From Phaeosaccion multiseriatum (lineage: Eukaryota; Protista; Ochrophyta, other classes): a stretch of 64,000 nucleotides of DNA. Position 1 is the stretch's first letter. Each line of letters opens with the position of its first letter. The notes below the pieces were generated by a model. It worked only from the letters and a program-made list of their open reading frames with translations, was not told where the DNA came from and did not search any database. The stretch lies in the NCBI GenBank assembly GCA_965112735.1, contig OZ218951.1:1054001-1118000 (forward strand), written 5' to 3'. Shown here piece after piece: positions 49,308 to 64,000 of this stretch. The position numbers and the translations under genes were made by a program.

Positions 49308-51217
49308 AGGAGAGAGGAAGGCACGGAAAGGGGGAGGAAGAGAGGGAGAGACAGGGGATGACACACACGCACCCACATCACGATGGGACAGGCCTCGACT
49401 TGCCTCCATCTTGTCTTGTCTTCGTTTGATGGGGGCGTTTGGGTGGCGGTGCGTGCGTGCGTGCGTGTGTGTGCGTGCGTGCGTGTGTGCGTGCGTGTGT
49501 GCGTTCCTTGCGTGTGTATGCGTGCGTGCATGGGGCCTTAGGTTTTGCAGTACTGCCACACACGTGGGGTACTCACATATGGCGTGTGTGTCTGGGGTAG
49601 GAGGCGATACATAAGACGGGGTTCTGTGTTATGAGAAGATGTTTGTTCAGTTTAAAGTAGCGGGTACATGAGGGGGGAAATAGGAGGGAGTGAGGTGTGT
49701 GTGTGGGCGGAGGAAGAGTCGAGGAGGAGCCCCTCTAGGCCTCTCTGCTGCTCTTGCTTTGTTGACAGAAGAGGGGAGGAGGTGGAGGGTGGAATCGTGA
49801 GTGCGTGAATGGAAGCGCGGGCGGGGGATGGTCCATCTCTCGACCAGAGAGAGAAGGGAGGAGGAGGAGGAGGAGGCGGAGGAGGAGGCATAGGACCCGC
49901 GAGGGGAGACCTGATCTATGAATTGATCACGGTACCAGGTACAGTAGCTACACTAAGGTCCGTACCCTCGTTGAAGCTAACGAGCGGGCCCGTACTTGAG
50001 CTGACGATAGAAACCACACCATCCGTACCGTGCCCAGTGGGCAACTAATAGACAGAAATACAGGTTGGCTCTACACTGCTCTGCGTTCTCCGTGTGGGTG
50101 TGGTGTTCGGTAATGTTTGTAGGTACTTCCGTTGATTAGTTGGTTTTGTCTTCACTCTGTGGTGGTGTATTGTCTGTCGCCGCTCTCTCTCTCTCTCTCT
50201 GCAGAGCAACCCCATATGCCGCTGCTACTCTGCATGCATGCATGCCGTGCTATGCATCCATCCTGCCATCTGTGATACGCATCCATCCTCCCATCCTCCC
50301 TCCGTCCCTCCGTGCTGTGTTGTGGCGGCAAATTCCCCTCCTCTTCGCCTCCCCCACCCTTCACCCCCCGTCCCGTTCCGCCCCACTCCCTTCCCTCTCA
50401 TCCCTCAACACCCTTCAAACACACACAAGACTCACAAACTACACGTAACTAACACCTTCCTTCCACTCTACCCCGGTGACACCCTCGCCTACAAGCAGCG
50501 CTCATCGGGGGTTGTCGGTATACATGCACGGCCCTCGCCTTGCCTTCGAGTGCCTTCCCTTCGTTCCCTTCCTTCCTGCTTGCTGCCCGAGAAGCTCCCC
50601 GTCCATCGACTTACAGCACTCACCTCTCACACGGTAACGTAGACTAGGCCCCACCCCTCCTCCTCCTCCTCCTCCTCCTCCTCCTCCTCCTCCTCCTCCT
50701 CCTCCTCCTCCTCCTCCTCCCCCATCCTTTCCTCAAGAGCCCCGCATCACCTCCATCTGCACTGCCCTGCTGACTGCTGTACTACTGTTGCTGCACCTGC
50801 GCGTAGTCATGGAGTCTCCCTCTCATTGCCACCGGCCCTTCCGCGCCCGCCTTTCCCTCCCCTCGGCCCAGAAACGGAGCCAAAATCTAAAAGCGCACGC
50901 ACGCACACAAGCGCACACTGAGGGTCGGTCGAAGCCTGCACCTGTCCCTCTCTAACTTCGGGGACGACTAAAGTGTAACTGCTACTGTACCACCGGCTGT
51001 CACTGGGCTGCATTGCAGTCCTTGTCCAACCTTGTAGGCTCTCTCCCTCCCCTCTCTCCCCCTCTCCTCCGCAAGGCAAGGCCAAGGCAAAAGTCCCGCT
51101 CCAGTCAGTCCCTCGTCTCCTCCTCGGCTCAAAACAAAAGAACGCCGCCGCGTCAACAGAGTACCATGGAAACACAGAGACACCCGAGCAGGAGTACAAG
51201 AGCTTGAAATTGCCTCT

Positions 51218-55817
<4,600 letters not shown>

Positions 55818-56141
55818 ACTATAGGTGGTCGTCCTTTTGCTTCCGTCCTGCCTGTACTCTCTCGCTCCCTCTTCCTTTCTCTCCCTCTGTCTTTGTCGTG
55901 CTCACCGCCCCTCCCCAAGACCCGGGGGGCCCTGAAATAGTTTCAGGTCCAGTGTTTGGATTCGACGGAGGGGGGGGGGCTTGGTTTCGTTTTAAACCTA
56001 AAGAAGAGCAAAGCTTTAAAAACAGCACTGCTACATTACCGAGACGGGAGAGGAGCGAGAGGGGGTGGGCGAGAGAGAAAGACAGAAAGGCGTGGAGGGA
56101 GTATGGAGGAGGGTATATAAAAACAGGAGGACGTCATCAGG

Positions 56142-57959
56142 ATGAGGAAAACGTGTAGAGTGGAAGGATGCGAACAGAGTCGGAAGCAGGGCGGGTTGTG
56201 CATAGAGCATAATGGGTCTTTGTCTAAGATGGTCAGTGTCGAGGAGTATGGGGAGCAACGGGGCGAAGGAGGAAAGACAGAGGGGGGGGAGAAGGCGACC
56301 AAGAAGTGTAAAGTCGAATTGAGCGACGAGCAGGGTCCTCACGGAGCTGCAGTCAAGAACGTTGTTGGCGAGGAGTATGAGAAGAAACAGGTCGAAAGAA
56401 GAACGAAGAAGAAGGCCGGGTGTAAAATCGAAGGGTGTGAACGCCAGGCGGTGCAAGCGGGTGTTTGTATTTCGCATGGGGCTGTGGTCAAAAGGTGTGA
56501 TGTAGAGGGGTGTGGAAAGTATCGTCACAAACAAGGAATGTGTTGTGCCCACTTCGGCGCTGTGGCCAAGATGTGTTCAGTCAAGGGATGCGGAAATCAA
56601 AAGAAGGGGGGCGGAGTGTGTGAAGCACACTTGAGGAGCAGGAATTACAGTAGCCTGAAAAGCAGCAGCAGCAGCAGGAGCAGCAGCAGCGGCAGTGTGA
56701 AGGGAGCAGAAGATGGAGGAGTTCGCGCAACAGCGGCTGCTGTGGTGAACAAGGCTGCTGCTTTGGTGAAGAACGGGCGTGAGGGCAGAGCTGGGGGTGA
56801 TGAGCAGGCGTACACGCGATCGGACCTCAAGGGGAAAAGGTGCATCGAGAGAGGTTGCGACAAGTACAAGCAGTCTGGTTACGGTGGGAGGTGTAAACGA
56901 CACGCTAAACTGAGGCGAGAGCAACTACAGCAAGGCTGTATCAGCAGCAGTGTGGAAGGAGTAGCCCACCCGGCAGCTGCTGCAGTGCTCAAGAAGGGGA
57001 GGGCTGGAGGTGAGCCAACGTCCCCCCTACAATCCGACAAGATGTGCATCGAGATAGACTGTGACAAGTTCAGGCAGACTGGTTGCGGTGGGAGGTGCAA
57101 GAGACATGCCAGGATGGTTCGAGAGCAGATAAAGAAGGACGCGGAGCTGGCAGATTTTACAGCCGCGCTCGAGTGGGATTTCATCTGCAGTGAGGAAGAG
57201 GAAGAGGAAAGCGATGACAATAGGCCACCGCGCAGGGCCGTGAACAAGAATAAGAATAAGAAGAGGAAGAGGTGTAGCAAGGACGGTTGTGAGAAGTTCC
57301 GTCAGAGCAACTGCGAAGAGATGTGTAGGAGGCACCACACCTTGGAACAGGAGGGCGCCCAGAAGCGAGGAGCTGCGACCGACATCAATGAGAGGGGGGC
57401 GAAGAGGGCAAAACTTCCATCCTTAGCCGTGGAAGAGGAGGAGGAGGGCGAGGAGGAGGACGACGACGAGGACGAGGAGGAGAACGAGGAGGGGGAAGAA
57501 GAGGACAGGGAGGACAATAGGGAGAAGAGTGGGGTAGGATTGATTGCGGGGCTGGGGCTCCATGTCGGGGACGAGATCCAGCTGCCCGTTGGTCTGTGGA
57601 GGGAACTGGAGGGTGGTGGGGCTGATGCTGCCACAGCAGACTTGGAGGGTGGGGAGGAGGAGCTGTCGCATGGTGTCGTGGTGGCTCTGGGCCAGACGAA
57701 GGTGTATCTACTTCCCCACTACGCTGTGCGCACCAAGAGGAAGGGGGCCAGTGTGAAGAGCGTCATCCGAGACTTTGTGTCTGCCTACAACCGCTATCGC
57801 TCAGGAGGAGGAGGGGAGGATGGTGATGATGACGAGGAGCAGAAGGAGGAGTGGGAGCTTCTCGAGGAGCGAATGGTGAAGGCAAGTGAGAACAAGAAGC
57901 GCGGACGGAGGGCGCTGCGGTCCTGCGTGCGTGTGGAGGGCCCTGCTGCATGGGATTGA
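56142..57959 (+). CDS. Cys/His repeat protein (Cx4Cx9-11Cx2H; WRKY19-like zinc-finger-type repeats), probably nuclear
   Basis: Intronless 605 aa with 7 repeats such as CKIEGCERQAVQAGVCISH and CIERGCDKYKQSGYGGRCKRH. Basic NLS-like KNKNKKRKR and acidic tracts. Confidence 0.75.
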   Translation: MRKTCRVEGCEQSRKQGGLCIEHNGSLSKMVSVEEYGEQRGEGGKTEGGEKATKKCKVELSDEQGPHGAAVKNVVGEEYEKKQVERRTKKKAGCKIEGCERQAVQAGVCISHGAVVKRCDVEGCGKYRHKQGMCCAHFGAVAKMCSVKGCGNQKKGGGVCEAHLRSRNYSSLKSSSSSRSSSSGSVKGAEDGGVRATAAAVVNKAAALVKNGREGRAGGDEQAYTRSDLKGKRCIERGCDKYKQSGYGGRCKRHAKLRREQLQQGCISSSVEGVAHPAAAAVLKKGRAGGEPTSPLQSDKMCIEIDCDKFRQTGCGGRCKRHARMVREQIKKDAELADFTAALEWDFICSEEEEEESDDNRPPRRAVNKNKNKKRKRCSKDGCEKFRQSNCEEMCRRHHTLEQEGAQKRGAATDINERGAKRAKLPSLAVEEEEEGEEEDDDEDEEENEEGEEEDREDNREKSGVGLIAGLGLHVGDEIQLPVGLWRELEGGGADAATADLEGGEEELSHGVVVALGQTKVYLLPHYAVRTKRKGASVKSVIRDFVSAYNRYRSGGGGEDGDDDEEQKEEWELLEERMVKASENKKRGRRALRSCVRVEGPAAWD

Positions 57960-58887
57960 TGGCGGAGCTTGGGCGCCGCCATGTCGGTAAGGGCGGCGGG
58001 GCCGATGCTGTTCATTACAGCCGTTACAGCCTGCTTCAGGAGAGAGAGCTATCGAGTGGCCTGGTGATGACTGTGGGCCGGACGTAGGCAAGGCGACTGT
58101 CCTTCGTTGCGGTCCGGAAGTCATGGAAGCGGGCGAGGTTTGAGAGCAAATGCTCTCCGCGCTAGCCGTCCTTCCAAGTTTCTGTGGAGCGCGTAGAAGG
58201 GCAGCCCCTCCCTAATACGTAGGTACTTACATTTAAAAATAATTTTGAAATACTAGCAAGTGAGGAAGTGACGCTGAGGATACCAACCACGGCAACTTAG
58301 ACGGCGTCGGAGTCGCTGGCGCTGGCGTCTGAGTTGCTGTGGTTGCTATCCCTAGTGTTACTGACGGAGAAGAATAAAGGGAAAGGTGTAGAGTACAGTG
58401 AGAGAGAGAACAGCTTGCCAGACCCGCTGGACCGCAAAGGTAAAAGAAAAGCGAAAAGGCACATTTGATCGTAACTGGTGTCATCAAGCGAAATGGCGGA
58501 CGTCGGCCCACCCTCCGTCCTGGCTCAGAAGATCGGCGCGGAGTATATATATATTGGTAGTGGTGAGGAAGTAGGGGTGGGAGTGGAGGAGTGTGGAGGA
58601 GGGAAGCCGGGGAGGGGAGGAAAGGCGTGCTGCTTATACTGGCGAGAGTAAGGCGGAACAAAAAATTTAGTCTATTGGCTTACTTGGAAAACTGTTGTGC
58701 CTACATGTGGGGAGGGAACACACCACTCTCGGCAACGTCCTCTAGAAGAGAAGAGATTTTGTTGGTCGGTCGGCGGGCGCGGTTGTAACCAACACACCAC
58801 ACACTCAACAAAAGTTCAGTACTCACTAATGAAATAAAAAGCGAGCATACAACTCCTCGAGGGTTCAAAAAGAGAGCAACACCGTAC

Positions 58888-60081
58888 TTAAAGGGTGAGC
58901 TCCTTCACCGTCTCCCAGGTGAAGTCGGCGTCCTCTCGGCCGAAATGGCAGTAGGCCGCAGTCTTCTGGAAGATGGGGCGACGCAGCTGGAGGTCACGCA
59001 CAATGCATCCGGGGCGGAGGTCGAAGTTGTTGTTGATGATCTCGACAAGGTCCTCGTCGGTCTTGCTGGAGCGGGCCTTGGCGGTTCCGTACGAGTCCAC
59101 GTGGATCGAAAGGGGGTAAGGCACACCAATGGCGTACGACAGCTGCACAAGCACTCGGTGGCAGAGGCCGGCGGCGACCAGAGACTTGGCCACCCAGCGA
59201 GCGGCGTAGGCTGCCGATCGGTCCACCTTGGTGGTATCCTTTCCGGAGAAGGCTCCTCCTCCGTGTGCGCCCCAGCCTCCGTAGGTGTCGATGATAATCT
59301 TTCGGCCGGTGAGCCCCGCGTCTCCGTGGGGTCCGCCGATAACGAAGCGTCCGGAGGGGTTAAGGTGGTAGATGGTCTCCGCGTCGAGGTACTTGGCGGG
59401 GATGACGGGCTTGATGACATGCTCCATAAGGTCGGCGTGGATCTTCTCATTGGTCACATCCTCGTTGTGCTGGGTGGAGATGACCACGGTGTGCACTCGC
59501 TGGGGGATCATGCGTCCGTTCTCCTCCTTCATGGCCACAGTCACCTGGGTCTTGCCGTCGGGGCGCACCCAGTCGCAGGTGCCGTTCTTGCGGACCTCCG
59601 TGAGCTTGGAGCCAAGAGAAGTGGCCAGGCTGTGGGAAAGGGGCATGAGGGTCTCGGTCTCATCCGTGGCGTAGCCAAACATAATACCCTGGTCGCCGGC
59701 GCCGAGGTCCTCGATCTTCTGGTTGTCCACCGACTGGGCAATGTCCGGGCTCTGCTCCTCAATGGCCACCACCACACTGCAAGTCTTGTAGTCCAGGCCC
59801 TTCTCCGCGGCATCGTATCCAATATCCTTGAGACAGTCTCGGATCACCTGCTCGTAGTTCACCGTGGCGCTGGTGGTGATCTCGCCAAAGATCATCACCA
59901 TACCGGTCTTGGTGCACGACTCGCAGGCCACGCGAGCCGTCTCGTCCTCCCGCAGGCACGCGTCGAGCACCGCATCTGAGACCTGATCGCAAATCTTATC
60001 GGGGTGGCCCTCGTTCACACTCTCCGAGGTGAAGAGGAAGGTGCCAGGGGCAGGAGCGGTGGGTGCCTTGACCTGAGCCAT
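58888..60081 (-). CDS. metK: S-adenosylmethionine synthetase (canonical MAT)
   Basis: Intronless 397 aa with [39 protein letters not shown] and GGGAFSGKD. Confidence 0.98.
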   Translation of the reverse strand: MAQVKAPTAPAPGTFLFTSESVNEGHPDKICDQVSDAVLDACLREDETARVACESCTKTGMVMIFGEITTSATVNYEQVIRDCLKDIGYDAAEKGLDYKTCSVVVAIEEQSPDIAQSVDNQKIEDLGAGDQGIMFGYATDETETLMPLSHSLATSLGSKLTEVRKNGTCDWVRPDGKTQVTVAMKEENGRMIPQRVHTVVISTQHNEDVTNEKIHADLMEHVIKPVIPAKYLDAETIYHLNPSGRFVIGGPHGDAGLTGRKIIIDTYGGWGAHGGGAFSGKDTTKVDRSAAYAARWVAKSLVAAGLCHRVLVQLSYAIGVPYPLSIHVDSYGTAKARSSKTDEDLVEIINNNFDLRPGCIVRDLQLRRPIFQKTAAYCHFGREDADFTWETVKELTL

Positions 60082-60398
60082 GTTTAGTGTTGTTTGAAGT
60101 GGGCGGAGAGAAGGCTTAAGCGGATGTTCTATTGTGCAGAGCGTCTAGCGGCCAGGAATGTACTGGGCCCCCGGGGCATCGTGGAAGCATACGTGTTCAG
60201 TTTTAGTTTCTACTTGTCCGCCTCACCCCTCTTTCTCTCATCGAATATCTCGTCTCTTTTTTCCATTAACCTCTGTCCTTGCGCCTCCTCTGCTTCGCAG
60301 GGTGCACTTAGGCTCCTCGTTCGTCCGCTAGGTATCGAGGGTATGTTGATCTCCGGTGTCTCGCTCGCGTGAAGGCGAGGGGGGGCCTGTTGCGAAAA

Positions 60399-63300
60399 AT
60401 GGTTCCGCCGCCCGGAGGACGGAGGAAAAGAGTACACCCTTCTTCTTCACGCTCCTGTCTACTGTGCGTCCTGGCCTGCACCTCCGCTTCCCGCGCCTCT
60501 GCCGCTGCTGGACAATACCCTCCTTCCTCGACTCGGGGCTACCGAGGCCCTGGTACGGGAACTTTCCCAGGTTCGTTCAGAGAGCGAGAGAAGGCAGGCG
60601 CAAGGGGGCCAGGAAAAGACTGTGGAGAAGGAAGGCTGAGCCTCGAGAAGACCCCTCCTATCAAAGCGCTCCTTATGACACTCTCTTGCTTCGACACTGT
60701 CCCTCTTTTTGTTGCCCCTCCCTCCCCCCCCTCGTTACTCTCCTTCTGAATGTCCTCTCTCCGCCTGACTTGATGCGCACTGCACAGCCTACTGTTCTAA
60801 GAATGGTGTCACCGAGGCCTCCCTCTCCATTGCCCCGCTCGACAGCTCGGAGCTGCTCTTCCTGCCCAAGCTGGAGAGGGTACTTGTCGTGACCAGCACC
60901 GGAGGTACGAAGGAAGAGAGGAGAGAGCTGCTTTGGGTGGCTTCGGCAGGACATGAAGCAGCTTTCTCTTTAGTGTAGATAGATGGATAGATGACAGGAG
61001 ACAGGAGAGATGAGAAGAGAAAGGAGAGAGGAGGATAGATGGATGGGTACATGTTATTTAATAGAGAGAGGGAGAGAGGGACACGAAAACACAAAGTAGA
61101 TGGATGAGTGTGGCACCAGACGGCCGAAACTAACCCGCAACCCTCCCTCCCCTCCCCCACACAGCCCGTGCTCCGAACTCGGCCGCGAGTGGTGACTGCT
61201 GGCAGGGGATGGGGGATGGGGAGGATGCTAGCCCGCCCTGGGATTGCGACGTGACCAACGTGGTCAGTGTGTACGCCCCGCAGGGAACGACCGGCCGGGG
61301 TGATGTTGATGAAAACATGCTCTTTGCCAAGGTCTACGATGCCTCTGGAGCCAATGACCTAGCACCAGGCACAGGTACATGCGCCTTGGGAGCGCTGCTG
61401 GTGGACGGGTATGAGCAGCAGACCCGCCTCGGGGAAGGACTGCGGGCGTACTACATAGGACAAGCAGGGGAGGAGGGAGGGCGGGAAGGAGGAGGAGGCA
61501 GTAATAGTAGTGGGAGTGATGTGAATGACGCTGCAGAAGGAGCCGGAGAAGCGATGAGGTCAGCAGCAGCAGCAGAGGCGGCGGCAGCGGCGCGGTACCT
61601 CATGAGCGAAGCAGAGCTGGGAGCGGCCCTGAGGACCGGCTCTTCTTCAAGTTCAACCTCGTCATCCGACGGCGGCGGTGGTGGGGTGGGGGAGGAGGCC
61701 TTATACGTCCGTACTGGCGATGATCGGGCGATGCGGGCAGGAGTGCAGGCTTTAGTCAAGGGGCTTCTGCCGCCGGCTGACCGAGGTATGATTCATGGGG
61801 TAGGCGGGTGTGTGTGTCGGGGGGGGGGTGAGGTGGTAGGGTTGGGGTGTCTTCGTGGAAGCAATGTGCCATGGGTGTGCCCCTAGAGAGCTTTGCACAA
61901 GGCTCCTGCTCTTCGTCCTCTCGCTCAATCACAATCGTCCTTTCCGTCCCTTCTCTCCCTATTCCCCTTTCTTCTCTCCGTCTTCCTCTTTCCCTCTCGC
62001 TGCCTCTCAGCTCAATACCACGTGGTTCTCCACACCGGAGACCTGTCCGCAGATGGAATTCGCGTCAACGACAAGTTCTGCCCTACCCTGAAAGGGGTCC
62101 GCAAAGACGTGGAGCATTCCGTCCAGTGGGAGAGGATGGAGAAGTCAGCGCGAGTTGAGAGTATGCGACAAAAGAATGCGGAGTTGGGCCTGAAACCCTC
62201 CCTCGATCAGGTGGGGTGGAGTGGGGAGGAGTGGGATGGGACTCTTCTCTTTGGTGTCATGGACTTGCCGCTGGCTCACCACGACAACGCATCACCACCC
62301 TCACTAAACCTTACCCCCTCTTTTCATGGCAGGACTTGAGAGAGTGCTTCATGAGCACGGTCTGCAACCAAGACAGACCAACCCCCTCGGGACTCGACGT
62401 CAAAGCCGTCCAAGAAACCATGTGGTACACGGAAACCCACCTCCGCCTCCTGTATAGCCACGACGACGCCTATTTCGCCCGACTCGCAATGTCCGGCCTC
62501 GCGCACGAGTTAGAGATGGTGCTGGTAGGGGGAGTGGGCGAGTCAAGCGAAGAGGAGGAGGGGGAGGAGGGTAACGATGGTGGTGGTGGTGGTGCTGCTG
62601 CTGCAGCTGGTGGTACCAAGCTCGCAGTGTGGAGTGGAGACGAATTCACCCTCAGCCCCCTGCTGGCGCTGCTCCTTGGAGACGGGTACAGCGGGGCTTG
62701 GCCGAGCTACGCCTCGCTCTTGCTCGTGGAGGTGAGTGCGTGTGTGTGTGTGCGTGTGTTTGCGTGTGTGTGCGTGTGTTTGCGTTTGTGTGTGTGTGGG
62801 CGCGTGTGTGTGTGCGTTGTGTGCGTGTGTGTGCGTGTGTGTGTGTGTGCGTGTGTGTGCGCCCTCAGAGGGACACCGCTGAAGACTGACTTGACTGGCC
62901 CACTCATTCGACTGTGTGTGCTTCCCGTTCTTTCCTCCCGACTTTCCCCTTCACACACGTCTGTGCTGTCTCTCTTGTCAATATGCTTCCTTCCTCCCTC
63001 TCCCCCCAGGTCTACAGCCGCCCCCCGGGGGTCTGGCTTGTGCGTGTGCTGTACAACGGCGAGGCGGTGCGACTGACAGGCTGCCAAGAAGAGGAGAGTG
63101 ATCTCTGTCCAGGTAAGGGAGGGGAGTGGGGAGGGGAGTGGAGGGGGGGTGAGGCAGGGGAAGGGTATGGTAGTGTAGGCCATTGTGATTGTATGGCTTG
63201 TGTACGTATGCTTTTGCGTGTGCGCCTTCTTCTCCTCCTCCTCATCTCCTCTTCCTCCGTCGTCGGTCCTTTCGAACCACGAAGCCGGCCTATTGCCCTT

Positions 63301-63954
63301 CATTTCACTGATCCCCATCCACTGCCATGCCCCTCCCCCTCCCCAATCTCCTCAGTCGATGTCCTCCTGGGCCTCCTTCGCTCATCTGCCTCTCTGCGGG
63401 GCGCTTGCCTACAGGCCGATGATGGTGACAGGGAAAGAGAAGAAGAAGAAGATGAAGAAGAAGAACCAACATCAGTAGAGGGGCCCATTGGAGGAGACGG
63501 GAGTGGAGAAGGGTCCTCGACGACGGTTGAGGAGGAGATGCTGCCTGCGCAGGCTGTGGACTACAGCTCCTACATTAGCGGGGCAGTCACAGCCAAGATC
63601 GTCGGGGCGATGCTTGTGCTCGGGTGGATAGCAGGGTTGGCTTGTGGTTGTAGGAGACTCAAGAGGGAGTACAAGCGCCAGTGGGAGCAACGGTCGTTTG
63701 AGAGTTACACGGCTGTGGGTAAGGAGATTAAGTCCGCCTTCTCTCCTTCTACGAGCTTAGGAGGAGGCAAGGGGCGACGCCCGAGCAAGTTTAGCATCCA
63801 TGGCCACAAAGACGACGAGGAGGAGAGCGAGGATGAGAGCGAAACGGAGGGGGTTTGGGAGGGAGGCGTAACCAATGGGACAGGCGAGAAGAACGACTCG
63901 GCCTCTTATGGGGCCGGCGGCAATGGCAGTAGGAGCTACCAAAACATGATGTAA
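60399..63954 (+). CDS. Histidine acid phosphatase (branch 2) homologue, type I membrane protein, catalytic motifs degenerate
   Basis: About 7 exons. Signal-like N-terminus, then [68 protein letters not shown] and a C-terminal TM segment [17 protein letters not shown]. Confidence 0.75.
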
Positions 63955-64000
63955 AGTGTATTAGTTGTAGCTGCGAGACGATTTTTTTTTCTAATTTATA

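Noticed and set aside
58888-60081. Divergent MATX paralog or bacterial HGT, suggested by the intronless gene
   Set aside because: Length (397 aa) and motifs fit canonical eukaryotic MAT without MATX-type insertions. Other genes here are also intronless.

Overview
GC-rich, intron-containing eukaryotic nuclear DNA. Signal peptide + 'xxA|F' plastid leaders and the gene content point to a photosynthetic stramenopile (ochrophyte); the finer lineage cannot be fixed from this window. Recognisable genes: a MAP kinase kinase, a plastid-type TraB protein, PIG-U, a membrane-anchored sulfotransferase, a DED1/DDX3 helicase, a CxxxGC..CxxH repeat protein, SAM synthetase, and a histidine-acid-phosphatase homologue lacking its catalytic motifs. 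The main discovery is three paralogous genes: A (<1-16635, minus, >4700 aa, runs off the window), B (33388-42337, ~2790 aa) and C (43489-49307, ~1500 aa). The ORF track fragments them. Manual splicing shows they share a two-exon bipartite plastid-targeting leader with identical intron positions. All three encode very large disordered Pro/Ser/Ala/Gly proteins carrying repeated aromatic motifs (YPSFG, PAFGDF, KSYSxFG, KSFGRGAYRS); B and C add long helical rods. The architecture resembles pyrenoid Rubisco-linker/tether systems, but that function is inference. All exon models are hand-derived and need RNA-seq confirmation.
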